DNA of 64,000 bases from Macrostomum lignano. Taxonomy: Eukaryota. A program made the position numbers and the translations under genes. The stretch covers positions 310,001-374,000 of the forward strand of contig NIVC01000303.1 of NCBI GenBank assembly GCA_002269645.1, written 5' to 3'. The notes beneath the pieces were generated by a model. The model was given only the letters and a program-made list of their open reading frames with translations, made no database searches and was not told the DNA's origin. This document shows, in pieces, positions 23,641 to 46,611 of the stretch (position 1 is the first letter of the stretch; every line of letters starts with the position of its first letter).

Positions 23641-24248
23641 GTCGAGAGGTCACGGCGTATTAATTCTAAATTTTAGTATTTAGGAAATGACAACTGGTTT
23701 CAAGCCTCTGGGCTCTTTGTCAGGACAGGAAGAGGGAGAGGCAGAGGAAGAGGCCGCTGCAAATTAAGTATTAAGTTTGGACACGCGACCGAGCAAAACT
23801 GACTTCTCATTCAGTGAGACAGCTACACCTGCAGTTTCACAGATAACGGATTTTATCGTATAGAGCAGACTCTGCGCGCCATCAAGTTAAAGCTAAAACT
23901 GGCAAGAACACAGATATAAACAATCAGTCAGGAGGGTTGCCTACCCCGAGAAGCCCCTGCACGCCCCCCTGTTATCGCGGAGGGACCACCCAGCCAAAAG
24001 ACGGCACACACACCACACACACAGACACACACACACACACACAGATAAGACTCAGCCCCATCAGTCCGAGGGGGCCTGCCTTACCTTGAGAACAATACCT
24101 GACTGATACTGTAACTAGAAATCAGAATTTATCGAAACCTTCGAATGTGTTTGCTCAAATATTAACCCCGCGCGTGCAGACTTATCTATCTACGACTATC
24201 TCTCTGTGAAGGAAGCACACAGACGCGCGCTCACTGCACGAATTTCAG

Positions 24249-29956
<5,708 letters not shown>

Positions 29957-30734
29957 TTGAGTCAACTCGGTTGCTATGGTGATTTTGCAAATCCAGATAC
30001 TTCTCAGCTCCTAAAGTCATCCCCCGCAATTTTTTGTTATAGAAACTTTCTTGATTAATATTTTTGAGCGTTATTACATCAAACGTTCCACTTCTACTAC
30101 TGAGAAGAGGGTTTTTTTTATAATTACGTTCACTAAATTGATAATTTGCTGGCTGATATACTAAATTTCCTGCAATTGCTAATAGGATCGAGCTACTATG
30201 TACATGTAGTTGTAGTTTTTATGTACAAGTGAACATGTCATTTTTATGATTGTTTTTACCAATAGACCTACTATACCTATTCAATACTTGCTAAGAAGTC
30301 TAACGTATTATTTGTTCGGCTTGTTTGTTATCTGTACATATAATTCAATAAAAAATTTTTCGGATTAACTACATGTACATGCGCAATTTCATACCTATAA
30401 TTTCATATCGCATATACGAGTACTACATGTAACTCATGTTTAATAGTAAACGAATTTGTTTTAATTAAATCAATAAATAAAAAGTTTGTGAATTTTTATA
30501 GCATACTTAAGTTTGATGAATTTGCTTTCGAGGCTGCACGGATATTGAGATAGCATCCTAACTCAAAATTAGGATGAAAAAATAATTAGAATTGTCTCCA
30601 GAGTATACAACATGCACATAAACATATGCCATCTTTAACCACAGCTAGTTTCCATGTACTGCCTATATAACTCGTAAGAGTGTATGGTCCGCTCGACAAC
30701 AAGGCATGTTTGGTTGATAGGGCACCGGCAATCA

Positions 30735-31480
30735 CAATTACTCATTTTGGCATTCACAATGGTCATTTTAGCATTCACATTGGTAATTTTGGCATTCACA
30801 TTGGTAATTCTGGCATTCACATTGGTAATTCTGGCATTCACAATGGTCATTTTAGCAATCACAATGGTAATTTTGGCATTCACAATGGTAATTTTAGCAT
30901 TCACAATGGTAATTTTGGCATTCACAATGGTCATTTTAGCATTCACAATGGTAATTTTGGCATTCACAATGGTCATTTTGGCAATAACAATTAGTCATTT
31001 TGGCATTCAAAAAACTCATTTTGGCATTCGCAATACTCAATTTAGTTTTCACAATGCTCATTTTGGCATTCACAACATTCAATTTGGCATTCACAATACT
31101 CAATTTAGTATTCACAATGCTCACTTTGGCATTTACAACATTCAATTTGGCCTTCACAATACTCAATTTAGTATTCACAATGCTCATTTTGGCATTCACA
31201 ACATTCAATTTGGCATTCAAAATACTCAATTTAGTATTCACAATGCTCACTTTGGCATTTACAACATTCAATTTGGCCTTCACAATACTCAATTTAGTAT
31301 TCACAATGCTCATTTTGGCATTCACAACATTCAATTTGGCATTCAAAATACTCAATTTAGTATTCACAATGCTCATTTTGGCATTCACAACACTCAATTT
31401 GGCATTCACAATACCCATTATGGCATTCAGAATGGTCATTTAGGCATTCACAATGTGTTATTTTAGCATTCACAATGTTG
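30735..31480. repeat. 21-bp minisatellite (GGTAATTTTGGCATTCACAAT) changing to a 63-bp trimeric unit
   Basis: Directly visible; period 7 aa then 21 aa in the ORF track. Confidence 0.92.
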
Positions 31481-31979
31481 ATTTTCACTTAGTACTGATC
31501 AATTTCTTAAATAATTATGAAACAAACACAAATCAAAGTCTTTGTCATTTAAAACCAAACCGCGAACACGGGCACCCGCAGGTACCAGTATAGTTAGATT
31601 ACGCGAGCGCTCATAACAGAAGTTTATAATCTAATTTATCAATCATTAATTTCGAACATAGACATATAGTAGGTGAAGTTAATATAAGCAAAACTCGTTT
31701 TGTTAGCTTAAATTAACTGCTTAAAAGCAGGACAAAAGCACGGTTCAAAGTCGTAACGCAAACGGCAAACACGGAGAAATAAGAAAAATGCAGCAAAAAC
31801 GCAGACACTGAAAAAGATGTAAAGAAGCAAAGCATTTTTTGTGTGTGCTTAAATTTTTACTCACAGGGAGGATTCCACCGACAGATTAAGTTATAATTGG
31901 CGATGCGAGGTCAAATATTTCAACAAAATTTAAATTTTAAATAAGACTAAGTGCACCGATTTAGACGTACGCATTCAGA

Positions 31980-33535
31980 TGAGTGATTCAGGGCGTGATT
32001 CTTTTCAGGGTGTGATTCTTTTCAGGGTGAGTGATTCGGGCGTAATTCTTTTCAGGGTGTGATTCAGAGCGTGATTCTTTTCAGGGTGTGATTCAGGGCG
32101 TGATTCTCTTCAGGATGAGTGATTCAGGGCATGATTCTCTTCAGGATGAGTGATTCTCTTTAGGGTAAGTGATTCTCTTTAGGATGAGTGATTCTCTTCA
32201 GGGTGTGATTCAGGGCTTAATTCTCTTCATGATGAGTTATTCAGTGCATGATTCTCTTCAGGATGAGTGATTCTCTTTAGGGTGAGTGATTCTCTTTAGG
32301 ATGAGTGATTCTCTTCAGGATGAGTGATTCTCTTCAGGGTGAGTGATTCAGGGCATGATTCTCTTTAGGGTAAGTGATTCAGGGCGTGATTCTCTTCAGG
32401 GTGAGTGATTCAGGGCGTGATTCTCTTCAGGATGAGTGATTCTCTTTAGGGTGAGTGATTCTCTTTAGGATGAGTGATTCTCTTCAGGATGAGTGATTCT
32501 CTTTAGGGTGAGTGATTCTCTTTAGGATGAGTGATTCTCTTCAGGATGAGTGATTCTCTTTAGGGTGAGTGATTCAGGGCATGATTCTCTTTAGGGTGAG
32601 TGATTCTCTTCAGGGTGAGTGATTCAGGGCATGATTCTCTTTAGGATGAGTGATTCTCTTCAGGGTGAGTGATTCTCTTCAGGATGTGATTCTCTTCAGA
32701 ATGAGTGATTTTCTTCAGGGTGAGTGATTCTCTTCAGGGTGAGTGATTCTCTTCAGGATGAGTGATTCTCTTTAGGGTGAGTGATTCTCTTTAGGATGAG
32801 TGATTCTCTTCAGGATGAGTGATTCTCTTTAGGGTGAGTGATTCTCTTTAGGATGAGTGATTCTCTTCAGGATGAGTGATTCTCTTTAGGGTGAGTGATT
32901 CAGGGCATGATTCTCTTTAGGGTGAGTGATTCTCTTCAGGGTGAGTGATTCAGGGCATGATTCTCTTTAGGATGAGTGATTCTCTTCAGGGTGAGTGATT
33001 CTCTTCAGGATGTGATTCTCTTCAGAATGAGTGATTTTCTTCAGGGTGAGTGATTCTCTTCAGGGTGAGTGATTCTCTTCAGGATGAGTGATTCTCTTTA
33101 GGGTGAGTGATTCTCTTTAGGATGAGTGATTCTCTTCAGGATGAGTGATTCTCTTTAGGGTGAGTGATTCTCTTTAGGATGAGTGATTCTCTTCAGGATG
33201 AGTGATTCTCTTTAGGGTGAGTGATTCAGGGCATGATTCTCTTTAGGGTGAGTGATTCTCTTCAGGGTGAGTGATTCAGGGCATGATTCTCTTTAGGATG
33301 AGTGATTCTCTTCAGGGTGAGTGATTCTCTTCAGGATGTGATTCTCTTCAGAATGAGTGATTTTCTTCAGGGTGAGTGATTCTCTTCAGGGTGAGTGATT
33401 CTCTTCAGGGGAGTGATTCAGGGCGTGATTCTCTTCAGGGTGTGATTCAGGGCGTGATTCTCTCTTCAGGATGAGTGATTTTCTTTAGGGTGAGTGATTC
33501 AGGGCGTGTTTCTTGTCAGGGTGAGTGATTCAGGG
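31980..33535. repeat. 19-bp minisatellite GAGTGATTCTCTT(C/T)AGG(GT/AT) with a 326-bp higher-order repeat
   Basis: The marker variant AATGAGTGATTTTC recurs at 32701, 33027 and 33353. Confidence 0.93.
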
Positions 33536-33587
33536 CCAGTGAGTCCGATCCAAGACACAGCTATGCCAGTCAGCGGAGAGTTTATAC

Positions 33588-37553
<3,966 letters not shown>

Positions 37554-37741
37554 GGATAAACTAGCTTATAATTTAGCTGCGGGATTTCAATTCAAGGGGA
37601 GAATGTCTATTAATTCTTGCAGTATTAATAAGGTAGATACAATGGCTATTAGCTCAATTCCAATAAATCTTCAGACTTCTTTTACGATGCGTTTACTATG
37701 ATGGAAGGGTAGTTTATCTGTCTACAAAGGGAGTCTGAGGG

Positions 37742-38410
37742 ATTTATCTGGTGACAGAGAGGCAGTGGGGTTCATCTGGTTACAGAGAGGCAGTGGGGTT
37801 TATCTGGTTACAGAGAGGCAGTGGGGTTTATCTGGTGACGGAGAGGCAGTGGGGTTTATCTGGTGACAGAGAGGCAGTGGGGTTTATCTGGTTACAGAGA
37901 GGCAGTGGGATTTATCTGCTTACAGAGAGGCAGTGGGGTTTATCTGGTGACGGAGACGCAGTGGGATTTATCTGCTTACAGAGAGGCAGTGGGGTTTATC
38001 TGGTGACGGAGAGGCAGTGGGGTTTATCTGGTGACAGAGAGGCAGTGGGGTTTATCTGATGACGGAGAGGCAGTGGGGTTTATCTGGTGACAGAGGCAGT
38101 GGGGTTTATCTGGTTACAGAGAGGCAGTGGGGTTTATCTGGTTACAGAGGGACAGTGGGAGGTTATCTGGTTACAAATAGACAGTGGGGTTTATCTGGTT
38201 ACAGAGAGGCAGTGGGGTTCATCTGGTTACAGATAGACAGTGGGGTTTATCTGCTTACAGAGAGGCAGTGGGGTTTATCTGGTTACAGAGAGGCAGTGGG
38301 GTTCATCTGGTTACAGAGAGGCAGTGGGGTTCATCTGGTTACAGATAGACAATGGGGGTTTATCTGGTTACAGAGGGACAGTGGGAGGTTATCTGGTTAT
38401 AGATAGACAG
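37742..38410. repeat. 28-bp minisatellite GGGGTTTATCTGGTTACAGAGAGGCAGT, upstream of USPL1
   Basis: Directly visible. Confidence 0.93.
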
Positions 38411-38854
38411 GGAGTGGTTCTATTTTTATAGGACTTCAAAAATTGATAAAGAAATGTGCAACCCACAGCACTTGTCAGTCCATCTCTTTGACCAGAAGCA
38501 CAACTGCATCACTGATATAGATGTAGCAGTTTTGGCAGCAGTGGCAGTTAGAATGCATCAGTCTTGGTAGTAAGCTTGTATGCTAAATAAGGTAGCATAA
38601 TATAAGTTATTGACAATTGAAAAATTAAAATATATGTACCTTAAAGGATATAATTATATAACTATAAGTAATTAAACCCACCTTGTTTATGATACACAAA
38701 GCTTCATCACTGCAGGGCAATCTACCCAATAAAGGGTAATTGCAGACAAAGCCAAAGTGTTATTAATACTGTTTTTTCAATCTAAAAATAAAAATCAATA
38801 TGGCCACAATTAAAACATGTAATGACAAGGATAGGACTCAGGAATAGTCTAATA

Positions 38855-38887
38855 CTAGCAATCTAGTGCGACCCCCCTTCGGGGCGC
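38855..38887 (-). mobile_element. Possible Helitron-type 3' terminus (hairpin followed by CTAG|T)
   Basis: The minus strand reads GCGCCCCGAAGGGGGGTCGC (hairpin), ACTAGATTG, then CTAG|T. No 5' end was identified. Confidence 0.3.
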
Positions 38888-39134
38888 CCAATAAGAAAGG
38901 AGCAAAATTAGTTCATGGAAAACAATAAAAAAGCACATTTTCTTAAACACCAATTCCTTCTTCACTTTTAAAAATCACCTTATTCGTGTAAAATTGTCAT
39001 GGACAAAGATGTTTGCAAAGTGAAAGAATTACTTTTTCTCTAAAATTAACAAACAGACAACAAAATATAGCTTCGCCTAAATAGAAAATATTCCCAAGAC
39101 AGCAAGCACCCCCCCCTCTAAAAGTAAACAACCA

Positions 39135-39975
39135 CAGATAGCAAGCATTCTCTAGTGCTCATAGCAAGCATCTGCAGATAGAAAGCATCTGCAGATAGGA
39201 AGCATCCCCCAGATAGCAAGCATCACCCCAGATAGCAAGCATCTGCAGACAGCAGCAAGCATCCCCCAGATATTGTTGAAGCATCCACCCAGATAGCAAG
39301 CATTCTGCAGATAGCAAGCATCCCCCAGATATTGTTGAAGCATCCACCCAGATAGCAAGCATCCTGCAGATAGCAAGCATCCTGCAGATAGCAAGCATCC
39401 TGCAGATAGCAAGCATCCCCCAGATATTGTTGAAGCATCCACCCAGATAGCAAGCATCCTGCAGATAGCAAGCACCCCCCAGATATTTTGGAAGCATCCT
39501 GCAGATAGCAAGCACCACCCAGATATTATAGAAGCATCCTGCAGATAGCAAGCGCCCCCAAGTAATTATTTAAGCATCCACCCAGATAGCAAGCATCCTG
39601 CAGATAGCAAGCATCCCCCAGATATTGTTGAAGCATCCACCCAAATAGCAAGCACCCCCCCCCCCCAGATAGAAGCATCCACCCAGATAGCAAGCACCCC
39701 CCCCCCAGATAGAAGCATCCACCCAGATAGCAAGCATCCTGCAGAAAGCAAGCACCCCCAGATATTATAGAAGCATCCTGCAGATAGCAAGCACCCCAAG
39801 ATATTATAAAAGCATCCACCCAGATAGCAAGCATCCTGCAGATAGCAAGAATCCCTAAATAGCAAGCATCCCTAGATAGAAATAATCCCATACATGTAGC
39901 CAGTATACCCCCACCCTCCCAAATAGCAAGTATCCCCCCTCGAGAGCAAGCATCCTCCAGATAGCAAGCATCCAC
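39135..39975. repeat. 18-bp-based degenerate minisatellite GATAGCAAGCATCC(TGCA/CCCA)
   Basis: Directly visible. Confidence 0.9.
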
Positions 39976-40189
39976 GAGACAGCAAGTAGCTAGTGCAAAT
40001 GTTACCTCCACTAAAGCAATAATCGCTTTCTCAGGTTGTGCAACAATCCACATCTCAGCGAGCGCAATAGTCTCTTTTTTAGACAGCGCAATAGTCAGCT
40101 TCTCAGCTAAGTGCAATAATCCTTTACTCATCAAGTCCAAAAATCGATGTCTGGGATAGTGCAATAGCCCTTTCTAATCTAGTGCAATA

Positions 40190-42510
40190 TTCCTTATTAT
40201 CAAAGCGCAATAATCCTTGGCTTATCAAGTGCAATATTCTTTACTATCAAGTGCAATAATACATGGCTTATCAAGCGCAGTAATCATTGGTTTATCAAGT
40301 GCAATAATCCTTGGTTTATTAAGTGCAGTAATCCTTGGCTTATCAAGTTCAATAATCCTTGGCTTATCAAGTGCAATATCCTTGGTTTATCAAGTGCAAT
40401 AGTCCTTGGCTTATCAAGTGCAATAATCCTTGGTTTATCAAGTGCAGTAATCCTTGGTTTATCAAGTGCAATAATCCTTGGTTTATCTAGCGCCATAATC
40501 CAGGTCTTTTTAATCCTTTGTTTATCAAGTGCAATAATCCTTGGCTTATCAGGTGCAAAAATCCATGGCTTATCAAGTGCAAAAGTCCTTGGTTTATCAA
40601 GCGCAGTAATCCTTGGTTTATCAAGTGCAATAATCCTTGGTTTATCAAGCGCAGTAATCCTTGGCTTATCAAGTGCAATAATCCTTGGCTTATCAGGTGC
40701 GATAATCCTTGGCTTATCAGGTGCAATAATCCTTGGTTTATCAAGTGCAATAATCTTTGGTTTATCTAGCGCCATAATCCAGGTCTTTTTAATCCTTTGT
40801 TTATCAAGTGCAATAATCCTTGGCTTATCAGGTGCAATAATCATTGGCTAATCGAGTGCAATAATCCTTGGCTTATCAAGTACAATAATCCTTGGTTTAT
40901 CAAGCGCAGTAATCCTTGGTTTATCAAGTGCAATAATCCTTGGTTTATCAAGCGCAGTAATCCTTGGCTTATCAAGTGCAATAATCCTTGGCTTATCAGG
41001 TGCAATAATCCTTGGCTTATCAGGTGCAATAATCCTTGGTTTATCAAGTGCAATAATCCTTGGTTTATCTAGCGCCATAATCCAGGTTTTTTTAATCCTG
41101 TTTATCAAGTGCAATAATCCTTGGCTTAAAAGTGCAATAATCATTGGCTAATCAAGTGCAATAATCCTTGGCTTATCAAGTACCATACATGCGCAACCTT
41201 GGGAATCACCCGGCCGTTTCTATTGGCAACACACACATGTAAGTCGCTATTGGCTGAGAGCAGTCACGTGACTACTATTCTGTCCAATAGCGACTTACGT
41301 GTGTGTGTTGCCAATAGAAACGGCCGGGCGAATCCCTAGGTTGCGCCCAAGCATGTCAAGTACAATAATCCTTGGTTTATCAAGTGCAATAGTCCTTGGC
41401 TTATCAGGTGCAATAATCCTTGGTTTATCAAGTGCAATAATCTTTGGTTTATCTAGCGCCATAATCCAGGTCTTTTTAATCCTTTGTTTATCAAGTGCAA
41501 TAATCCTTGGCTTATCAGGTGCAATAATCATTGGCTAATCGAGTGCAATAATCCTTGGCTTATCAAGTACAATAATCCTTGGTTTATCAAGTGCAATAGT
41601 CCTTGGTTTATCAAGTGCAATAATCCTTGGCTTATCAAGTACAATAATCCTTGGTTTATCAAGTGCAATAGTCCTTGGCTTATCAAGTGCAATAATCCTT
41701 GGCTTATCAAGTGCAATAATCCTTGGTTTATCAAGTGCAGTAATCCTTGGTTTATCAAGTGCAGTAATCCTTGGTTTATCAAGCGCAATAATCCTTGGCT
41801 TAAAAGAGCAATAATCATTGGCTAATCGAGTGCAATAATCCTTGGCTTATCAAGTACAATAATCCTTGGTTTATCAAGTGCAATAGTCCTTGGTTTATCA
41901 AGTGCAATAATCCTTGGCTTATCAAGTACAATAATCCTTGGTTTATCAAGTGCAATAGTCCTTGGCTTATCAAGTGCAATAATCCTTGGCTTATCAAGTG
42001 CAATAATCCTTGGTTTATCAAGTGCAGTAATCCTTGGTTTATCAAGTGCAATAATCCTTGGTTTATCTAGCGCCATAATCCAGGTCTTTTTAATCCTTTG
42101 TTTATCAAGTGCAATAATCCTTGGCTTATCAGGTGCAAAAATCCTTGGCTTATCAAGTGCAAAAGTCCTTGGTTTATCAAGTGCAATAATCCTTGGTTTA
42201 TCAAGTGCAGTAATCCTTGGTTTATCAAGTGCAATAATCCTTGGTTTATCTAGTGCCATAATCCAGGTCTTTTTAATCCTTTGTTTATCAAGTGCAATAA
42301 TCCTTGGCTTATCAGTTGCAATAATCCTTGGCTTATCAAGTGCAATAATCCTTGGCTTATCAAGTGCAATAGTCCTTGGCTTATCAGGTGCAATAATCCT
42401 TGGCTTATCAAGTGCAATAATCCTTGGCTTATCAAGTGCAATAATCCTTGGTTTATCAAGCGCAGTAATCCTTGGTTTATCTAGCGCCATAATCCAGGTC
42501 TTTTTCATTA
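40190..42510. repeat. 24-bp minisatellite TATCAAGTGCAATAATCCTTGG(C/T)T, interrupted by a MITE
   Basis: Directly visible; source of the IIALDKPR and LHLISQGL ORFs. Confidence 0.96.
41184..41355. mobile_element. Palindromic MITE (172 bp), hAT-like, inserted into the 24-bp satellite
   Basis: 8-bp TSD TCAAGTAC at 41176-41183 and 41356-41363. 63-bp inverted arms 41191-41253 and 41284-41346 with 4 mismatches. Both ends begin with CAT. Confidence 0.85.
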
Positions 42511-42564
42511 GTCTTTTAATAAAGGCTTTCAATGAAAAAAATTATGCTACTTTTTTTTCATACA

Positions 42565-42628
42565 CTACTAAGATTCGAACCCAGGTTGCTGCATTAGCAG
42601 TCCAGTGTGTTCACATCTAGGCTAGCTC
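42565..42628 (-). pseudogene. Degenerate tRNA-like sequence (tRNA pseudogene or SINE head)
   Basis: The minus strand reads GAGCTAGCCTAGATGTGAACACACTGGACTGCTAATGCAGCAACCTGGGTTCGAATCT. It has an A-box-like segment, a CT-GCT-AA loop and a GGTTCGAATC B box, but no convincing acceptor stem. Confidence 0.35.
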
Positions 42629-45600
42629 TTATTGAAATTATAAATGAATTTGTAGCACTTATTTAATTCAACACTCACACCAAGTCAATTGAGTATAAGT
42701 CACACGAAGCAGTTATGACATAATCAATTTCTTAGGCAAGTCAGTACCAGTTTCTATTAAAGTTAGCAATATGGTTATGCAATATAAATCAAGTATTATG
42801 CTAGGCTTCCACACTGTGTTTTCAATACTGTGATGCAATTCAATTCAGTGTCAAAATTCAGCCAGTACATAGAGTGAATAAATAAAAAGCCTGATGTGAT
42901 ACAATCTATTTCAGAATCAGAATTCAACCAGTCAATTTTTTCTCTAGCATTCTTACAATGCATTTCAAGTCGAAAAGTTTGCTTGACCTTTGCAAAAAAG
43001 CATGTTTTTTTGAATATTTAATCCTTTTAGCATTTATCAATTTCTTAGCCAAGACACATGTACCGTCACAGGAAAATTTCTGATCGAACAGTGCAAGTTC
43101 AAAGAAAATCGGTTGAGCCTTTTGGGAGATAATCGATTTTGTACAAACATACAAGATTTTCATTTTTAGTATATGGAAATACATTGAAATAGACTTATTA
43201 TTTATGCAAAAAATGATTTACAATTTAAAAACTTTTGCATTAAAATTTGTCTTTTTTAGTTATTTAGCATTAGGCTTTTTTCTGATTGCTTTGTATTTCT
43301 AGAGCCATTTAAACGTTAGACAAAAGAAACTTTCTAAGATCTTATTTAATTTATAGACCTTACCTTAAATAAAATTAAACCTTCACCTTTAAATTCAATT
43401 AAACAAAAATAAAAATTGCCATAAAAACAAAAGATTGCCTATGCCATCGCCAATGCCAATTAGAATAATAAAAAAATTTCTGACCTAGGCTAAATTATCT
43501 AAATATAGTTTTTTATCTTACCTTTTATAAAAAAAATAAAAACAAAATATTTGTAAATCTAATTTATTAAAGTATACATTATCTTTTTATATTATATTTC
43601 CAACTATCCATCCTTTTTGCTAATAATATAATAGCCAAATTTCTATTACTGAAAAGTTTATCTTATTTGTCCTTAAACTATTGCCAAAGTCAAGACAAAG
43701 TGACGTGACTAGTAGTAGTACTAGTACCTACCTCACCTGCTCACAACCCAAATAAGTTTCATTAGTATTAGTTGACAATTAAAATAATTTATGGCATTGC
43801 TATTATTGTCATGTAAAACTTAATAATCTATCTATTGAATATGCAATTTACAATACTCACTATTAACTAAATACATAGCCAGAAAGTTAGAAACAGCAAA
43901 TTTTCTATATTAAAAAGTTAAATAGCCTCATTTTATTATTAGAAAGATATTTGAGCACTTCAAAAAGGTAAAAATGTATAGGCATATTGCCATAGTATGG
44001 AATGTACCAGGGCAATACAATAGACAGAAGTTTGTACCATGACATCTGATCTGAGAGGGATAGCTGCAGCTGCAGTATCGCGATCATCGCGGCCGGATCG
44101 CGCTATCAAGGGAGTTTGTGCAATGTCATTTAAAAATTGCATTTTTTTGACATATAGATTAACAAAAAATATCGCATAGAAAGATATATTTTAGCATTCA
44201 ATCTTTAGCAAGTATTTTAGTTTAAAAACTATTTTTATAAAACACTTTTATGCAAATTACTCAAAAATAAAATGTTGGTAGTTTCTGCGGTTCTTTAATT
44301 TTGAACTTTGTAGTTGAGATGTAATTTTTATTAATAATATTGTTTCTAAAGCAAAAAATCTGAAATCCTTTTTTGACTTATTTGGTGTCTACCATCTAGT
44401 TAAAGCTTGTTTGCAAGCTTTTTACTTAAGAATAAGACTATTAAAAGCACAGTGCAAAAGTGTGCTATAATTAATATAATTATATAAAGCTAGGTTTCCT
44501 TATTTAGTTTTATCAAGAATGTTTAAAAAATTACATTAGGAAAGAACAGATCTAAACCGTTAATGCATTTTGCTCTTATAAAATTCATTTATATTGTCCA
44601 TACCTTGTCCATACTTACCTTACCTTGGTTAGGCCCCTTGCTAGTCAACTATATATTTGTTTATATGTTTAAGATTCAGCAGTTATAAAAACATTTACCA
44701 TTTTCTAATTTAAATAAAAATAGTTACAAAAATATGCCTATATTTGGTAGCATCATTTAGTAGCAATTATAATGTATTGTTATTAATAGCCAACTGACCT
44801 AATCAATCTAACTAACATACAAAGAAAAAATTAGGGGAATATAAACATAATATTTCATTATTTGTAATATAGCAGAAAATGATTGTCTTCTCTTAGTTTA
44901 GGAAAATTGGTCAACTTAATGATATCCAGATCAACAGGGGATGCTGCATAGTGGAGGCATCGATGCTATGCATTTGCGATAATGCAGATGAGATAGCAGA
45001 GATTTCAACCATGTATTCCAGGAGATTAAAATAGATTAAATTTATATAATACTCCAATATTATACTTTATTGATTCTTATTTGATAAAATTATCCTTAGT
45101 TTCAATAATATATATTAGGCATGTTTGGAATAGACAAACTATATTACCAACCTTTATATTTATTAGAGATCTAGGTCCATACCTTAACCTTTTTGATAAA
45201 ATAACATAACTATTCCAAACTTTATAAACAGTATTATAGGTATTTTTGCTCCACTTGTATCAAGAAAAAATAATCTAACAGATTGAGGTTAGTTGATAAT
45301 AAGGACCATTGGTATTTTGTTCAATATCCTACAAAATGCTATTCTAAAGATTTAGCCTAGGATTTGGCTAGGTTAGTCTTTCAATGTGAGTTAATATATT
45401 ATAAGTATTTTGCTAGAAGATATAGTTTCCCTCTAGCCTAGGTATTTCTAATTCTAATATAACAAAAAGGTAGCATATGCATATATAGAAGCTCTTGAAA
45501 TAATGAAAACCCTAGTATTGATAAAATTAGGAGGCACTTTTTGTTATCAATAATAATTGTGCCAAGAACTATCACAGATATAGGATTTTTGCAATGTTGC

Positions 45601-46611
45601 ATCATCTGCACAGTTGATTGTGTATCTCCTATAGCCAAGTAGTAGTCATTGCATGTATTGACTATAGTATCAATTGAGAACAATTTTCATTGAAGAATAT
45701 ACACACAAGCCTACCATGTGACTTTATAGCTAACTCAACAGTTGTTGACTGTGCACTACTAGTACTAATATTGTATCTCAGAATTGAAATGGCAAGTTAC
45801 CAAGACCTTGTTTTTCATGTGCAGATCTTGCTTGATTAGTTTGTTCATTGTGGTATATATCATGCTAAAGTTATATGCCATATAACAAGCACTGCATTGA
45901 GGATTTAATTGAATTCAAATATAAATTATACAAATAATAGCTTGAGTATAAGCTATGCAAGCTAGACCACTATTATGACAAGCCTTTATATCTCTAATCT
46001 TTATACACAAGGCTTTTGTGTAATAAGTGCTTATCTTAGATATATTTATTGTCTTGCAATGTTGGTTGGCCAATTACCCATCTGAAGTAATGAAGAATCT
46101 TCTACCATACCTCCTTGTATTTAAACATCTTAATAATAGATGCACTTTTAATAGCAGACACTTAAAATATTCCAATGTAGGCTAGGTGCTACTTATAATT
46201 AAAGTGGTAGATGGGGAAAAATTATTCTATTAAAACAAAGTATAACTTTTCATTGTTTCCAGCATTATAAATTGTAATTGACCAGGGTAAATTACAAAAA
46301 GCTATAACTAATTGATAAAAATACCAAAAGTATGCATATAAGTTTTTGATTAAATTTTAAATGCTTTAAGTTACCAGATGACTGGATATCATTCTCATTC
46401 TGTCTTGGCCATTCATTGGGATTGTCCATTATATAGTGAGGATTTTATTTGGTTTTTGACTACCTCGGGTGCTAGCACTAGAAAAATTGCAATTAATTCC
46501 ATGTTACTCCTTGTATGAAATTTTATGCTTTGAAGCAATTGAGCAGTTTTTAATCACATCAGCCGGCTCTCTTCAACAATCAGGAAATCAACTTAGGAAC
46601 AACCGATCAAA

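Noticed and set aside
39526-40164. 212-aa minus-strand ORF with an apparently unique N-terminus
   Set aside because: The N-terminal part is the degenerate edge of the 24-bp satellite and the rest is the 18-bp satellite.
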